Positions 27,330 through 35,752 of a stretch of DNA of 64,000 bases are shown in pieces. The position numbers and the translations under genes are program-made. The stretch comes from Oceanispirochaeta sp. (GTDB taxonomy: Bacteria > Spirochaetota > Spirochaetia > DSM-2461): assembly GCA_963666275.2 (NCBI GenBank), contig CAXXOA010000003.1, positions 288,001 through 352,000 on the forward strand, read 5' to 3'. A model generated the notes under the pieces. The model saw only the letters and a list, made by a program, of their open reading frames with translations, ran no database searches and had not been told where the DNA came from. Every line of letters starts with the position of its first letter. Within the stretch, counting starts at the first letter, position 1.

Positions 27330-29357
27330 ATGAGTAATGAACTTGTGAATAAGGCTGCGGATAATATTCGTATCCTTTCTGCTGCCATGGTGGAAAAAGC
27401 CAATTCCGGTCACCCCGGAGGCGCCATGGGCGGTGCGGATTTTGTAAACATACTTTTTTCTGAATTTATGAATTTTGATCCCAGCGACGGTAAATGGATC
27501 AACAGGGACAGGTTTTTCCTTGATCCCGGCCATATGTCTCCCATGCTCTACTCCATTCTCTCTTTTTACGGACATTACTCCATGGATGAGCTGGCCAACT
27601 TTCGCCAGTGGGACAGCCCCACTCCGGGCCATCCCGAAGTCGATGCTTCCCGGGGTGTGGAAAACACATCCGGTCCTCTTGGACAGGGACACACATTTGC
27701 TGTGGGAGCAGCCATAGCGGAGAAATTCCTGAAAACCAAATTCGGCGACTGGATGAGCCACAACATCTACGCCTTTATTTCCGACGGTGGTGTTCAGGAG
27801 GAGATCTCCCAGGGTGCCGGTAGAATCGCCGGAAACCTGGGGCTGGATAACCTGATCATGTTCTATGACTCCAATGACATACAGCTTTCCACAACTGTAA
27901 AAGAAGTCACTACAGAAGATACAGCCAAAAAATACGAAGCCTGGGGATGGAAAGTTCTGACCATCGACGGCAACGATGCGGATGCTATCAGAGGCGCCCT
28001 GAAAGAAGCTCAGAATGTCAAAGGCCAGCCCACCCTGATCATTGGTAAAACCATTATGGGTAAAGGCGCTGTCGACGCAGACGGAAACAGCTTCGAAGGC
28101 AAAACCTCCACTCATGGTCAGCCCCTGAGCGCGGCAGGTGCCTCTTTCGAGAAAACCATTGAAAATCTGGGCGGAAACGCGGCGGATCCTTTCAAAATTT
28201 TCCCCGATGTTCAGGAATGGCTTGACGGCATTATCAAGGCTAAAACTGAAGCCGCTGCCGCACTGAAGGGAGAACAGGCCAAGTGGGCCGCTGCCAACCC
28301 CGAACTGGCTGCCAAGCTGGATATGTTCTTCAGCGGAAAAACCCCCGAGATCGACTGGGCGGGAATCGAACAGAAAGCCGGATCTGCCACAAGAGCCGCT
28401 TCTGCTGCTGTCCTCAGCGCCCTGGCGGAGAACGTGGAAAACATGATTGTGTCTTCTGCAGACCTTTCCAACTCGGATAAAACCGACGGTTTCCTGAAGA
28501 AAACCAAAGCCATCACCAGAGACGACTTTTCCGGTGCCTTCCTGCAGTCCGGTGTTGCCGAGCTGACCATGGCGACAATCTGTTCCGGTATGGCTCTCCA
28601 CGGCGGTGTCATCCCCGCCTGCGGTACTTTCTTTGTTTTCTCCGATTACATCAAACCCTCTCTGAGAACAGCCGCACTGATGGAACTTCCCGTCGTGTAC
28701 GTATGGACTCACGATGCGTTCCGCGTTGGAGAAGACGGACCCACTCATCAGCCCGTTGAACATGAAGCTCAGCTGAGACTGATGGAAAAACTGCAGAATC
28801 ACTCTCACAAAAACTCTGTTCTTGTTCTGAGACCTGCGGATGCGGAAGAAACCACGGCGGCATGGAAAATGGCTATTGAAAACCGTTCCACCCCCACAGC
28901 CCTGGTTCTTTCCAGACAGAATATCAAATCCCTTCCTGCCAAATCCAGCCGTGTGGAAGAAGCCTTCCAGGCTGACAAGGGTGCCTATATTGTAGAAGCC
29001 GATGCCAACCCCGATGTGATCCTCCTGGCTTCCGGTTCAGAAGTTTCCACCCTGATCGACGGTGCGGCTCTTCTGAGAGAGAAGAAAAGCCTGAAAGTAC
29101 AGGTTGTTTCCGTTCCCTCTGAAGGCCTTTTCCGGACTCAGGACTCTTCCTACCAGGCGAAAGTCCTTCCTGCGGGAGTTCCCAAATTCGGTCTCACCGC
29201 CGGTCTTCCTGTAACACTGGAAGGTCTTGTGGGAGCTGACGGTAAGGTCTTCGGACTGAACTCCTTCGGTTTCAGTGCCCCTGCAGGCGTTCTGGATGAA
29301 AAACTCGGTTACACAGGTGAAAACGTGTATAACCAGGTTACGGAGATGCTCAAATAA
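27330..29357 (+). CDS. tkt: Transketolase
   Basis: SGHPGGAMG, RDRFFLDPGH, TSGPLGQG, SDGG.QEE (TPP motif), SADL, THD..VGEDGPTHQP; SD gagg. Confidence 0.97.
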   Translation: MSNELVNKAADNIRILSAAMVEKANSGHPGGAMGGADFVNILFSEFMNFDPSDGKWINRDRFFLDPGHMSPMLYSILSFYGHYSMDELANFRQWDSPTPGHPEVDASRGVENTSGPLGQGHTFAVGAAIAEKFLKTKFGDWMSHNIYAFISDGGVQEEISQGAGRIAGNLGLDNLIMFYDSNDIQLSTTVKEVTTEDTAKKYEAWGWKVLTIDGNDADAIRGALKEAQNVKGQPTLIIGKTIMGKGAVDADGNSFEGKTSTHGQPLSAAGASFEKTIENLGGNAADPFKIFPDVQEWLDGIIKAKTEAAAALKGEQAKWAAANPELAAKLDMFFSGKTPEIDWAGIEQKAGSATRAASAAVLSALAENVENMIVSSADLSNSDKTDGFLKKTKAITRDDFSGAFLQSGVAELTMATICSGMALHGGVIPACGTFFVFSDYIKPSLRTAALMELPVVYVWTHDAFRVGEDGPTHQPVEHEAQLRLMEKLQNHSHKNSVLVLRPADAEETTAAWKMAIENRSTPTALVLSRQNIKSLPAKSSRVEEAFQADKGAYIVEADANPDVILLASGSEVSTLIDGAALLREKKSLKVQVVSVPSEGLFRTQDSSYQAKVLPAGVPKFGLTAGLPVTLEGLVGADGKVFGLNSFGFSAPAGVLDEKLGYTGENVYNQVTEMLK

Positions 29358-29383
29358 TCATCCGTATTAACTGAATCAGTATT

Positions 29384-29420
29384 GCGCCCTGCCGGTTTTT
29401 CCTGCAGGGCGTTTTTTTTG
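29384..29420 (+). terminator. Rho-independent terminator
   Basis: GCGCCCTGC...GCAGGGCGT followed by a T-run. Confidence 0.75.
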
Positions 29421-29495
29421 TTCCTTTTTGAAGCAGGGGCCCTCTTTTTTCCGTCATTTCCTATAAGTCACCATGAAAAGGAAAAGGGAGGAAAT

Positions 29496-29717
29496 ATGCT
29501 CATTGAAATGGAACATAAAATAGGAAAAATCAAGGTCACTGTGGAAAACGGGGGCGGGATCGCTCCTTTCCGGGCTTCCTGCCCGGAAATCTGCGGCTAT
29601 GCTTTCGGCGATACCGAGATGGAAGCCTTCTGTCAGCTGCGGAATATGGTCGATATGTATCTGGATCCCGACTCCCCCGGGCCCGATCCGGATCTGCTTT
29701 TTGATCTGGAGTTCTGA
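29496..29717 (+). CDS. Small HicB-like (RNase H-fold antitoxin-type) protein
   Basis: SD gggagg and ATG 29496; F.ASCPEI.G.AFGDTEMEA...LRNMVDMYL matches the HicB N-terminal pattern. Confidence 0.6.
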   Translation: MLIEMEHKIGKIKVTVENGGGIAPFRASCPEICGYAFGDTEMEAFCQLRNMVDMYLDPDSPGPDPDLLFDLEF

Positions 29718-29823
29718 TTCTGCCGTACCGGGGATCAGATCTCAGACAGCGAAATCTCCGGAGATGTCAGGCTCATGTCCGGGGGGCTCTTCCGGAAACG
29801 ACAGGTCCCGGGGGCTTTCGGCA

Positions 29824-31821
29824 CTACAGTGTGTCGTCATCTCCCAGGGCGGTTGTCTGGAGGGGGCTTTTAAAATAGAAAAAGATGACACCGATAATAA
29901 GGCAGTTCACAATAGAGGCGGTAGCAAAAAGATGCCACTGGGGCCGACCCGAGGAAAGATTCCCCACCAGGGAGAAGAGCTTGATGCTGATTGTGAATTT
30001 CTCCTCCTGATTCAGAAAGAGCAGGGGAGCCATGAAACCGTTCCAGGCGGAAAGGAAGGCCAGAATCCCGTTTGTGGTCAGGATGGGTAAACTCAGGGGG
30101 AGTATGATTTTTACCATATATTTCAGAGGGGAAATCCCTTCCAGTTCGGCCGCCTCCCTGTAGGCGGGAGGGATTTTCTCAAGATAGGCGATAGAGGTTA
30201 TCAGCCCTGTGGTCAATGAGTGGTTCAGATAGATCAGGATCAGGGGGAGATAGCTGTCCAGAAGGTGGAGCCTCCGGAAAAGGGCGTACAGGGGGATCAT
30301 GGAGTGCATTCCCCCGTAAAGCCCTATGATCTGGAGCCCTGTGATGACCGCAAAGACTGTTTTCACTCCCCGCTCTCTGAGAACCAGCGCCGAGGGAAGG
30401 ACTATAAACGGAGTCAGTATCCCCGCAGCGGCGGCAATGGCCAGGGTGTTGAGAAAATAGTGCAGTATATTCTCCTCCACCAGGATCTTTCTGTAGTTGG
30501 AAAGGGTGGCAAAGGGGGGAATCAGCGAATCAATGGAACAGGCACCGATGCCGGAAAGGCTGAGCCAGATCACCAGGAAGAATATGAGCAGTGAGGCAGC
30601 CATAAAGGTATACTTTAAAAGAGCGGTCCCCGCAAGGTGAAGGGTATTCCTGATTTCCGGAAACAGGAGCCGGGAATCTGTCTTTTCCTCCTGCTGCGTG
30701 ACCAGAAGGGGAATCAGGGCCACCAGGATTTCCGGGTGGAACCCTTCGAAAAATCCGGCTTTGAATATCCAGCGGAGATTGATAAGGCAGTGTACCAGAA
30801 AGACTGTCATATAGGACTTCCTGCTGCGGAACCAGGCCGCCAGGTAGATCCCTCCCCAGATAATGCCCCATATTCCTCCCATAAGAACCTGGGAGACTAC
30901 AAGGACTATGAGGGGGATCCTGTGTGATCTCTTCTCCCTCCTCGCCGCCAGCCATAGGCCCATGAGGACGATCACAAGCCCGGCCAGACAGACTGCATAG
31001 GCCGATGTTATCCCCAGATCTTCTGTGGTTTTGAACACCTCATAGAGGAATATGTCCAGTGTGGTTGTAGCCCCGATGATATGGCGGTTTGTCATGCCTG
31101 ATACCAGGGGAGGGCCTCCGGTGGTCATAAGGAAGAGCAGGTTGAACTCTTTGAAAAACTTGAGAAAGTTGATAATTGTCATGGCCCCGATGGAACCCCG
31201 GATTTGGGGAAGCAGGATTTCTTTGAAAATAATATAGGAGTTGGCCCCGTCGATCCTGGCCGCTTCCGAATAGGACAGGGGGATCTTCCGGAAGCTTCCC
31301 CAGAAGAGAAATGTCATGAAAGGAACTGTCATCCAGAGACTCACCCACAGGGCTGCCAGAAAGGCGGCGACCGGATCGTTCATCAGATCTACAGGGATCC
31401 TGAAAAGAGTACGGAACAGGGAGTCTCCTCCGTCTCCATGAAAAAACGAACGCCAGAGCGGAACCGCTATATAGATGGGAGTTCCCCAGGGTACCAGGAG
31501 GGAGAGATAGAGCAGGGTGATCTTTTTCTTCTTTCTGCTCAGGTACCAGGCCAGTTTCAGAGATATCCCCAGAGAGAGCACCGTGTTGGCAAAGGCCCAT
31601 AAGAGGCTTATTTTGAAACTGTATAAAAAACCTTTATCTGAAAGAATATAGAGATAATTGTCCAGGCCCGCTGCTGTCCGCCGGCCGTATATGTCATGGA
31701 AAAAGGAAGTGAAAACAGCTTCGCCGAAAGGGGCTATACCCACAAGCAGAACAATCCCGGCCATAGGCAGGAGCAGGAGGCTGTCTGCGGGAAATCCCTT
31801 TCTTTTCAAAGCTGTTTTCAA
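29824..31821 (-). CDS. Fused two-domain CUT1 ABC permease (MalF-like + MalG-like)
   Basis: Two EAA loops: YSEAARIDGA..IFKEILLP with TTGGP, and YREAAELEG..MVKIILP with FLSAWNGF. Confidence 0.88.
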   Translation of the reverse strand: MKTALKRKGFPADSLLLLPMAGIVLLVGIAPFGEAVFTSFFHDIYGRRTAAGLDNYLYILSDKGFLYSFKISLLWAFANTVLSLGISLKLAWYLSRKKKKITLLYLSLLVPWGTPIYIAVPLWRSFFHGDGGDSLFRTLFRIPVDLMNDPVAAFLAALWVSLWMTVPFMTFLFWGSFRKIPLSYSEAARIDGANSYIIFKEILLPQIRGSIGAMTIINFLKFFKEFNLLFLMTTGGPPLVSGMTNRHIIGATTTLDIFLYEVFKTTEDLGITSAYAVCLAGLVIVLMGLWLAARREKRSHRIPLIVLVVSQVLMGGIWGIIWGGIYLAAWFRSRKSYMTVFLVHCLINLRWIFKAGFFEGFHPEILVALIPLLVTQQEEKTDSRLLFPEIRNTLHLAGTALLKYTFMAASLLIFFLVIWLSLSGIGACSIDSLIPPFATLSNYRKILVEENILHYFLNTLAIAAAAGILTPFIVLPSALVLRERGVKTVFAVITGLQIIGLYGGMHSMIPLYALFRRLHLLDSYLPLILIYLNHSLTTGLITSIAYLEKIPPAYREAAELEGISPLKYMVKIILPLSLPILTTNGILAFLSAWNGFMAPLLFLNQEEKFTISIKLFSLVGNLSSGRPQWHLFATASIVNCLIIGVIFFYFKSPLQTTALGDDDTL

Positions 31822-31835
31822 TTTACCTGAATTCT

Positions 31836-33209
31836 CTATTCTACAATCAGTTTACTGATATTCCTTACGGCTTTGATTCCATCGGGAACCAGAGCGGCAT
31901 TCTGATCCCAGACAAGCACCAGGGGCCTTTCCCGGTCCGAGAGTTCCGAACCGTCTCCGTAGTACATGGCCAGGATGACATCCTGATTTCCGATCACTTC
32001 TGAGGCATCAAGGGTAATGGAAAAACCGTCTTCCGCCTCCAGAGTCACCTGATTCACACCGTCATAGCGGCTGAACATCTCAAACAGAGGCAGGCCCATA
32101 TACTCAACGGAGGATTCGCTTTTTCTGTCGTAGTAGGAAACTACAGATTTATGGGTGGACACTCCGCTCTGCAGGGTCTGGCGATCAAAAACTTCCTTCC
32201 CTCCGGGACCGTCCATGGTTATGGCAAAATCAGTGAAGGATTCCTGACTGATCATGATCTTCTTCACCATTCTGGCTGAAACATGACCTGTAATTTCAGG
32301 ATTTTCGGGCCCTACTTTTACAAGACGGATATAACCGGGATCTTCGGGCATATACTCACCGTTCTCTTTGAATGCCAGGATCCAGGTGCCGTTCTCCTGA
32401 TCCAGCAGCTGGCTGCCGCTGTAGTCCATCTCATAGCCGTCCATCGCCTGGATTGTGATTGTCATATCCTCTGTCAGGGTGGTGTAGTCGTTTATGAGAT
32501 CCACCAGCTTGACCCCGCCCCAGGTGTACTGGAAGTTATTTCCGTAGGAGTTGGTGTAGTTCCCCCTGTCTTCCAGATAGTAGGGGTGATTCTCCATCTC
32601 GGAGATGGTAAAGGAGGCATTTTCGGAACCGATTGACAGGAGCAGCTCGAAATCGTTGGTTTCCAGAGACACAGGCTGGAGTCCCAGGCTGATGGAGGCA
32701 AGATCTCTGACCCAGTACTGGCCTGAAATATCGCCGATCAGGGTCGGGGCCATGGGGCTGCCGTCCTGACTGATCCCCAGGTAGAGATCCCCGGGATTGA
32801 AATCCGAAGTCATCAGAGTCTGGGCATAGCCGTCCCCGGCGGTCAGGGTCAGTTCATACCCTGCAGTCCATTTTTCCGTCCGGAAGGATGCGGGCATGGA
32901 ACCGTCCGCATCATCTACCATGGCGATGATCTCTTTCAGGGGAAACCCCTGGTAACTGTGGAGTTCCCCTTTTTTCTCGTATTCCAGCGGCACGAGAAGC
33001 TCCGGGTTCTGCTGGATCCAGCTGTTCAGGTTGGATTCCCATACTTCATCGTTTCGCACTCCCGACAGCTCTATCTTCCAGCCTTCCCCTTTGGGGGTTG
33101 CCTGGGAGACGGCATCGGGAGTCGTACCTTCATGATCTGTTGAGGCACAACCGGTCAGAACCAGGAACCCCATGAGTGCCAGGAGTCCTGCTGCAAACAT
33201 TTTCTTCAT
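31836..33209 (-). CDS. Lipoprotein with three tandem molybdopterin-binding (sulfite oxidase/MsrP fold-like) domains
   Basis: Lipobox LTGC; three repeats of [YW]xG.xLx[ED]...A.DG[YF]...L.....G......P..L......VR.[ILV]..I; SD aggag. Confidence 0.75.
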   Translation of the reverse strand: MKKMFAAGLLALMGFLVLTGCASTDHEGTTPDAVSQATPKGEGWKIELSGVRNDEVWESNLNSWIQQNPELLVPLEYEKKGELHSYQGFPLKEIIAMVDDADGSMPASFRTEKWTAGYELTLTAGDGYAQTLMTSDFNPGDLYLGISQDGSPMAPTLIGDISGQYWVRDLASISLGLQPVSLETNDFELLLSIGSENASFTISEMENHPYYLEDRGNYTNSYGNNFQYTWGGVKLVDLINDYTTLTEDMTITIQAMDGYEMDYSGSQLLDQENGTWILAFKENGEYMPEDPGYIRLVKVGPENPEITGHVSARMVKKIMISQESFTDFAITMDGPGGKEVFDRQTLQSGVSTHKSVVSYYDRKSESSVEYMGLPLFEMFSRYDGVNQVTLEAEDGFSITLDASEVIGNQDVILAMYYGDGSELSDRERPLVLVWDQNAALVPDGIKAVRNISKLIVE

Positions 33210-33232
33210 TTTTTTCTCCTATCTGTTCAGCC

Positions 33233-34726
33233 TCAGGGGCTGTTTTTCAGCTCTTCATCCAGAAGGCTCTGCCCTCTGTCCAGAATCTGTTCGGTCGTCA
33301 ATTGTCCTGAAAGGGCGAAACGAAGCAGTTTCCACATGATATTTTTATACACGGTAAAAGATTTCTGCGAGGGGATCACGGTTCCATCCGCAGCGCTGTC
33401 CAGCATTATCCTGTAGTAGGGGTTTCTGTCCCCGACCAGATTCGCCGCTTCTGTGTTGGAAGGAAGCTTGGTCAGGGCAATGGGAAAGTCCTGCTGGTAT
33501 CCGATTCCTGTCAGATGCCCTATGAGAGCCCGGGCAAGGAGGGGATTCCGGGATTTTCCCGTTATGGCGAATGCTTTAAAGTCCAGCAGGGGAGAGACTT
33601 GTTTTCCGGTTGTTTCATTCCGGGGAAAACCGGCAATACCGAAGGGAATCCCCAGCTCCTGGAAAAGAGGGATTGTATAGGAGGCGGATAGGATGACTGC
33701 CGCTTTTCCCGTGGCAAAATAGGAGGTCATGGCGTCCCTTTCCAGGGGCTTGAAGTAATCAGTATCCGTAAGGGCTGTCAGGTATTCCAGAGCCTGTCGG
33801 GTGGGCCTGTCATTGACAGTGATTGTACCATCCCTGTTGAGAATCTCCTCTTTGCCGAAGGCTGCCTGAAAGGGGATCAGCCAGTTGATGGAGTAGGCAT
33901 TCCATGTCAGGGGCACTTCTACCTTTCCTGTCAGAGAGGACGCCAGGCTCTCCAGCCGGTTCAGAGTCAGATCAGGGTACCGGGAAAGATCAATATAGTC
34001 GGGGTTATAGAAAATGAGCTGCGTATCGTAGTAGAAAGGGGCGGCCCACTGTTTCCGTCCTGACTGAAATGTCCTGTTTCCCCGGGAGTCCAGAGGGGAG
34101 GCTATCCAATCGGGAATGGTCTGCAGGGCTTCTGTCCGGATTAGTCTGTTCATGTCTCCCGCAGAAACCATAATCAGATCCGGTACATCCCCGCCGCCAC
34201 GCAGGATGGACAGGTATTTGGATGCGGGATCCGGAAGGGTGGTTACATGGATCTCCAGACCGAAACGGGCGGCGTAGGACTCTATCTCCTCTTTCAGCTC
34301 CTTTGTTCCTTCCCAGCTGATCCAGACTTCAAGCTTCGTATTCAGGAGCTTTTCACCTGCAATATCGATGGCTCTGATATCCCTGAATACCTGTCCGTTC
34401 TGCCAGTGAAGATCCCATGTGCCCGGTGAGCCTTCTATCAGGCAGGTCCTGTTTATACTATCGGGAAAGGACGCAATCCGGAGGGATTCCTGAGAACCGC
34501 CGCTCTTGATATTCAGTTCCCAGGCGTCGTAGAGAGGGGGGAACAGATCGCTGAGAACCATACCCCGGGGAGAGTTCTCTCCCGGAAGGGCATAGGCTCT
34601 CCGGGTAAGCTCCCCGTGAGGATAGCTGTTCCGGAGTTCTCCGTTCAGAGTTATGTCTAAGGCGCTCACCGACAGAAGGGGCACGAAAAAAAACACTGTC
34701 ATGCAGTGCTTCAGAGTTCTTTTCAT
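33233..34726 (-). CDS. Extracellular solute-binding protein (family 1) with extra N-terminal domain
   Basis: Signal peptide; C-terminal maltose-BP-like part (GGDVPDLI, APFYYDTQLIFYNPD, FATGKAAVIL); start MKRTL after SD aaaggaag. Confidence 0.85.
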   Translation of the reverse strand: MKRTLKHCMTVFFFVPLLSVSALDITLNGELRNSYPHGELTRRAYALPGENSPRGMVLSDLFPPLYDAWELNIKSGGSQESLRIASFPDSINRTCLIEGSPGTWDLHWQNGQVFRDIRAIDIAGEKLLNTKLEVWISWEGTKELKEEIESYAARFGLEIHVTTLPDPASKYLSILRGGGDVPDLIMVSAGDMNRLIRTEALQTIPDWIASPLDSRGNRTFQSGRKQWAAPFYYDTQLIFYNPDYIDLSRYPDLTLNRLESLASSLTGKVEVPLTWNAYSINWLIPFQAAFGKEEILNRDGTITVNDRPTRQALEYLTALTDTDYFKPLERDAMTSYFATGKAAVILSASYTIPLFQELGIPFGIAGFPRNETTGKQVSPLLDFKAFAITGKSRNPLLARALIGHLTGIGYQQDFPIALTKLPSNTEAANLVGDRNPYYRIMLDSAADGTVIPSQKSFTVYKNIMWKLLRFALSGQLTTEQILDRGQSLLDEELKNSP

Positions 34727-34730
34727 AGGG

Positions 34731-34830
34731 TCTTCCTTTCCAAACACGGGAGGTAGGACTGTTTCCGGTCCTACCCGGCGGCTCAGTTTTCATGACAGAC
34801 ATCTGTTTTAGAAATATGAGCTCGGAAGTC
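34731..34830 (-). ncRNA. Molybdenum cofactor (Moco) riboswitch, P3-containing form
   Basis: Minus-strand read GACUUCCGAGCUCA...UGAGC CGCCG GGUAGGAC-CGGAAACA-GUCCUACC UCCCGUGUUUGGAAAGGAAG. P1 CUUCC/GGAAG, P2 GCUCA/UGAGC, P3 with ACAG-augu-CUGU, P4 with GAAA loop, and the conserved CUCCCGUnUUUGGAAAGGA 3' block overlapping the SD. Confidence 0.9.
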
Positions 34831-34850
34831 GATTCTTTTATATCGATTGA

Positions 34851-34879
34851 ATTGTAACAGGGATTTACTTTTATGGCAA
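34851..34879 (-). promoter_or_regulatory. Sigma70 promoter for the riboswitch-led operon
   Basis: Minus strand TTGCCA-17 bp-TACAAT with extended -10 TG, about 20 nt upstream of the riboswitch. Confidence 0.75.
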
Positions 34880-35037
34880 TTTTTCCGTTTATTTTTTTAC
34901 AGGTTTTCCTTTTTCAGAGGCAGCCGTAAAAGAGCGCACATTTTCGAAACCCCCTTTTTATGCGTTTTAAAGGCTGAAAATCCTATTTTTCGGGGGAGGT
35001 TCTTCTGCAAGGAGCAGCATTGGATTAAAATATAATC

Positions 35038-35673
35038 ATGCAGGGAATTGTCAATTATCCGATGTTTCTTCTGGCGGGTATCCTTCTCAATATCACCCCC
35101 GGAGCCGATACCATTTACATACTCAGCCGCAGCGTCGCCGGAGGCCGGAGTGCGGGGATCCTGTCCACTTTCGGCGTTTCTACAGGAATCCTGGTCCATA
35201 CCACACTGGCAGCCCTGGGACTGTCGGTGGTACTCAGAGAATCCCTTTTTCTCTTCTCTCTTGTGAAATATACAGGAGCGGCCTATCTTGTCTTTCTGGG
35301 AGCCCGCAGCCTTCTGCAGAAAAAGGGGGAAATGTTTGGCCTGGACAGACCCGGCAGACAGGAGGCATCCCGGTGGAAGCTCTATTTTTCCGGTGTTCTC
35401 ACCAATGTGCTGAACCCTAAGGTGGCCCTGTTCTTTCTGGCTTTTCTCCCGCAGTTTATCAATCCTGCCCTTCCCCGGCCGGGCTCGTCCTTCTTCCTTC
35501 TGGGATTGACGTTCACCTTTACAGGGACTCTGTGGTGTCTGTTCATAGCTGTTGTGGCATCCAGAGTCTCCCGGCTCCTCAGGGAGTCTCCCTCCTTTTC
35601 CATCCTTCTGGAAAAAATGGCCGGAGCTGTCTTCCTGGCTCTGGGGGTCCGGGTCGCCCTGAGTAAAAGCTGA
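35038..35673 (+). CDS. LysE/RhtB-family translocator
   Basis: ITPGAD, G...G, GAAYL..LG, TNVLNPKVALFFLAFLPQF. Confidence 0.93.
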   Translation: MQGIVNYPMFLLAGILLNITPGADTIYILSRSVAGGRSAGILSTFGVSTGILVHTTLAALGLSVVLRESLFLFSLVKYTGAAYLVFLGARSLLQKKGEMFGLDRPGRQEASRWKLYFSGVLTNVLNPKVALFFLAFLPQFINPALPRPGSSFFLLGLTFTFTGTLWCLFIAVVASRVSRLLRESPSFSILLEKMAGAVFLALGVRVALSKS

Positions 35674-35752
35674 TCCAGCACAGAGGCTCTTTTAATCAAT
35701 CACAAAGGTATTGACCTGGTCTCCTGTGCCGCTTCTCCTTCAGGTTTACCCT

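Noticed and set aside
27249..28808. 519-aa antisense ORF over transketolase (likewise 22381-23754, 53567-55171, 9832-10953, 2710-3924, 15492-16616)
   Set aside because: Shadow ORFs opposite well-supported genes; no motifs; expected from codon bias.
29382..29495. N-terminal 38 codons of the 111-aa ORF
   Set aside because: They overlap the tkt terminator; the real start is probably ATG 29496 with SD gggagg.
29720..29823. GC-rich imperfect hairpin between convergent genes as an ncRNA
   Set aside because: Pairing is loose and matches no family I recognise; it may simply be a terminator region.
34727..34747. ORF-track GTG start (MFGKEDP) for the SBP
   Set aside because: It lies inside the riboswitch 3' block; the SD and signal peptide support ATG 34726.
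34731..34830. Tungsten-cofactor (P3-less) variant of the riboswitch
   Set aside because: A P3-like stem (ACAG-augu-CUGU within UUUC...GAAA) is present, favouring the Moco-type form; ligand specificity remains untested.
34829..34848. ATCGAT-N8-ATCGAC near the riboswitch 5' end as a ModE box
   Set aside because: It lacks the TATAT-N7-TAYAT arrangement; too weak to call.
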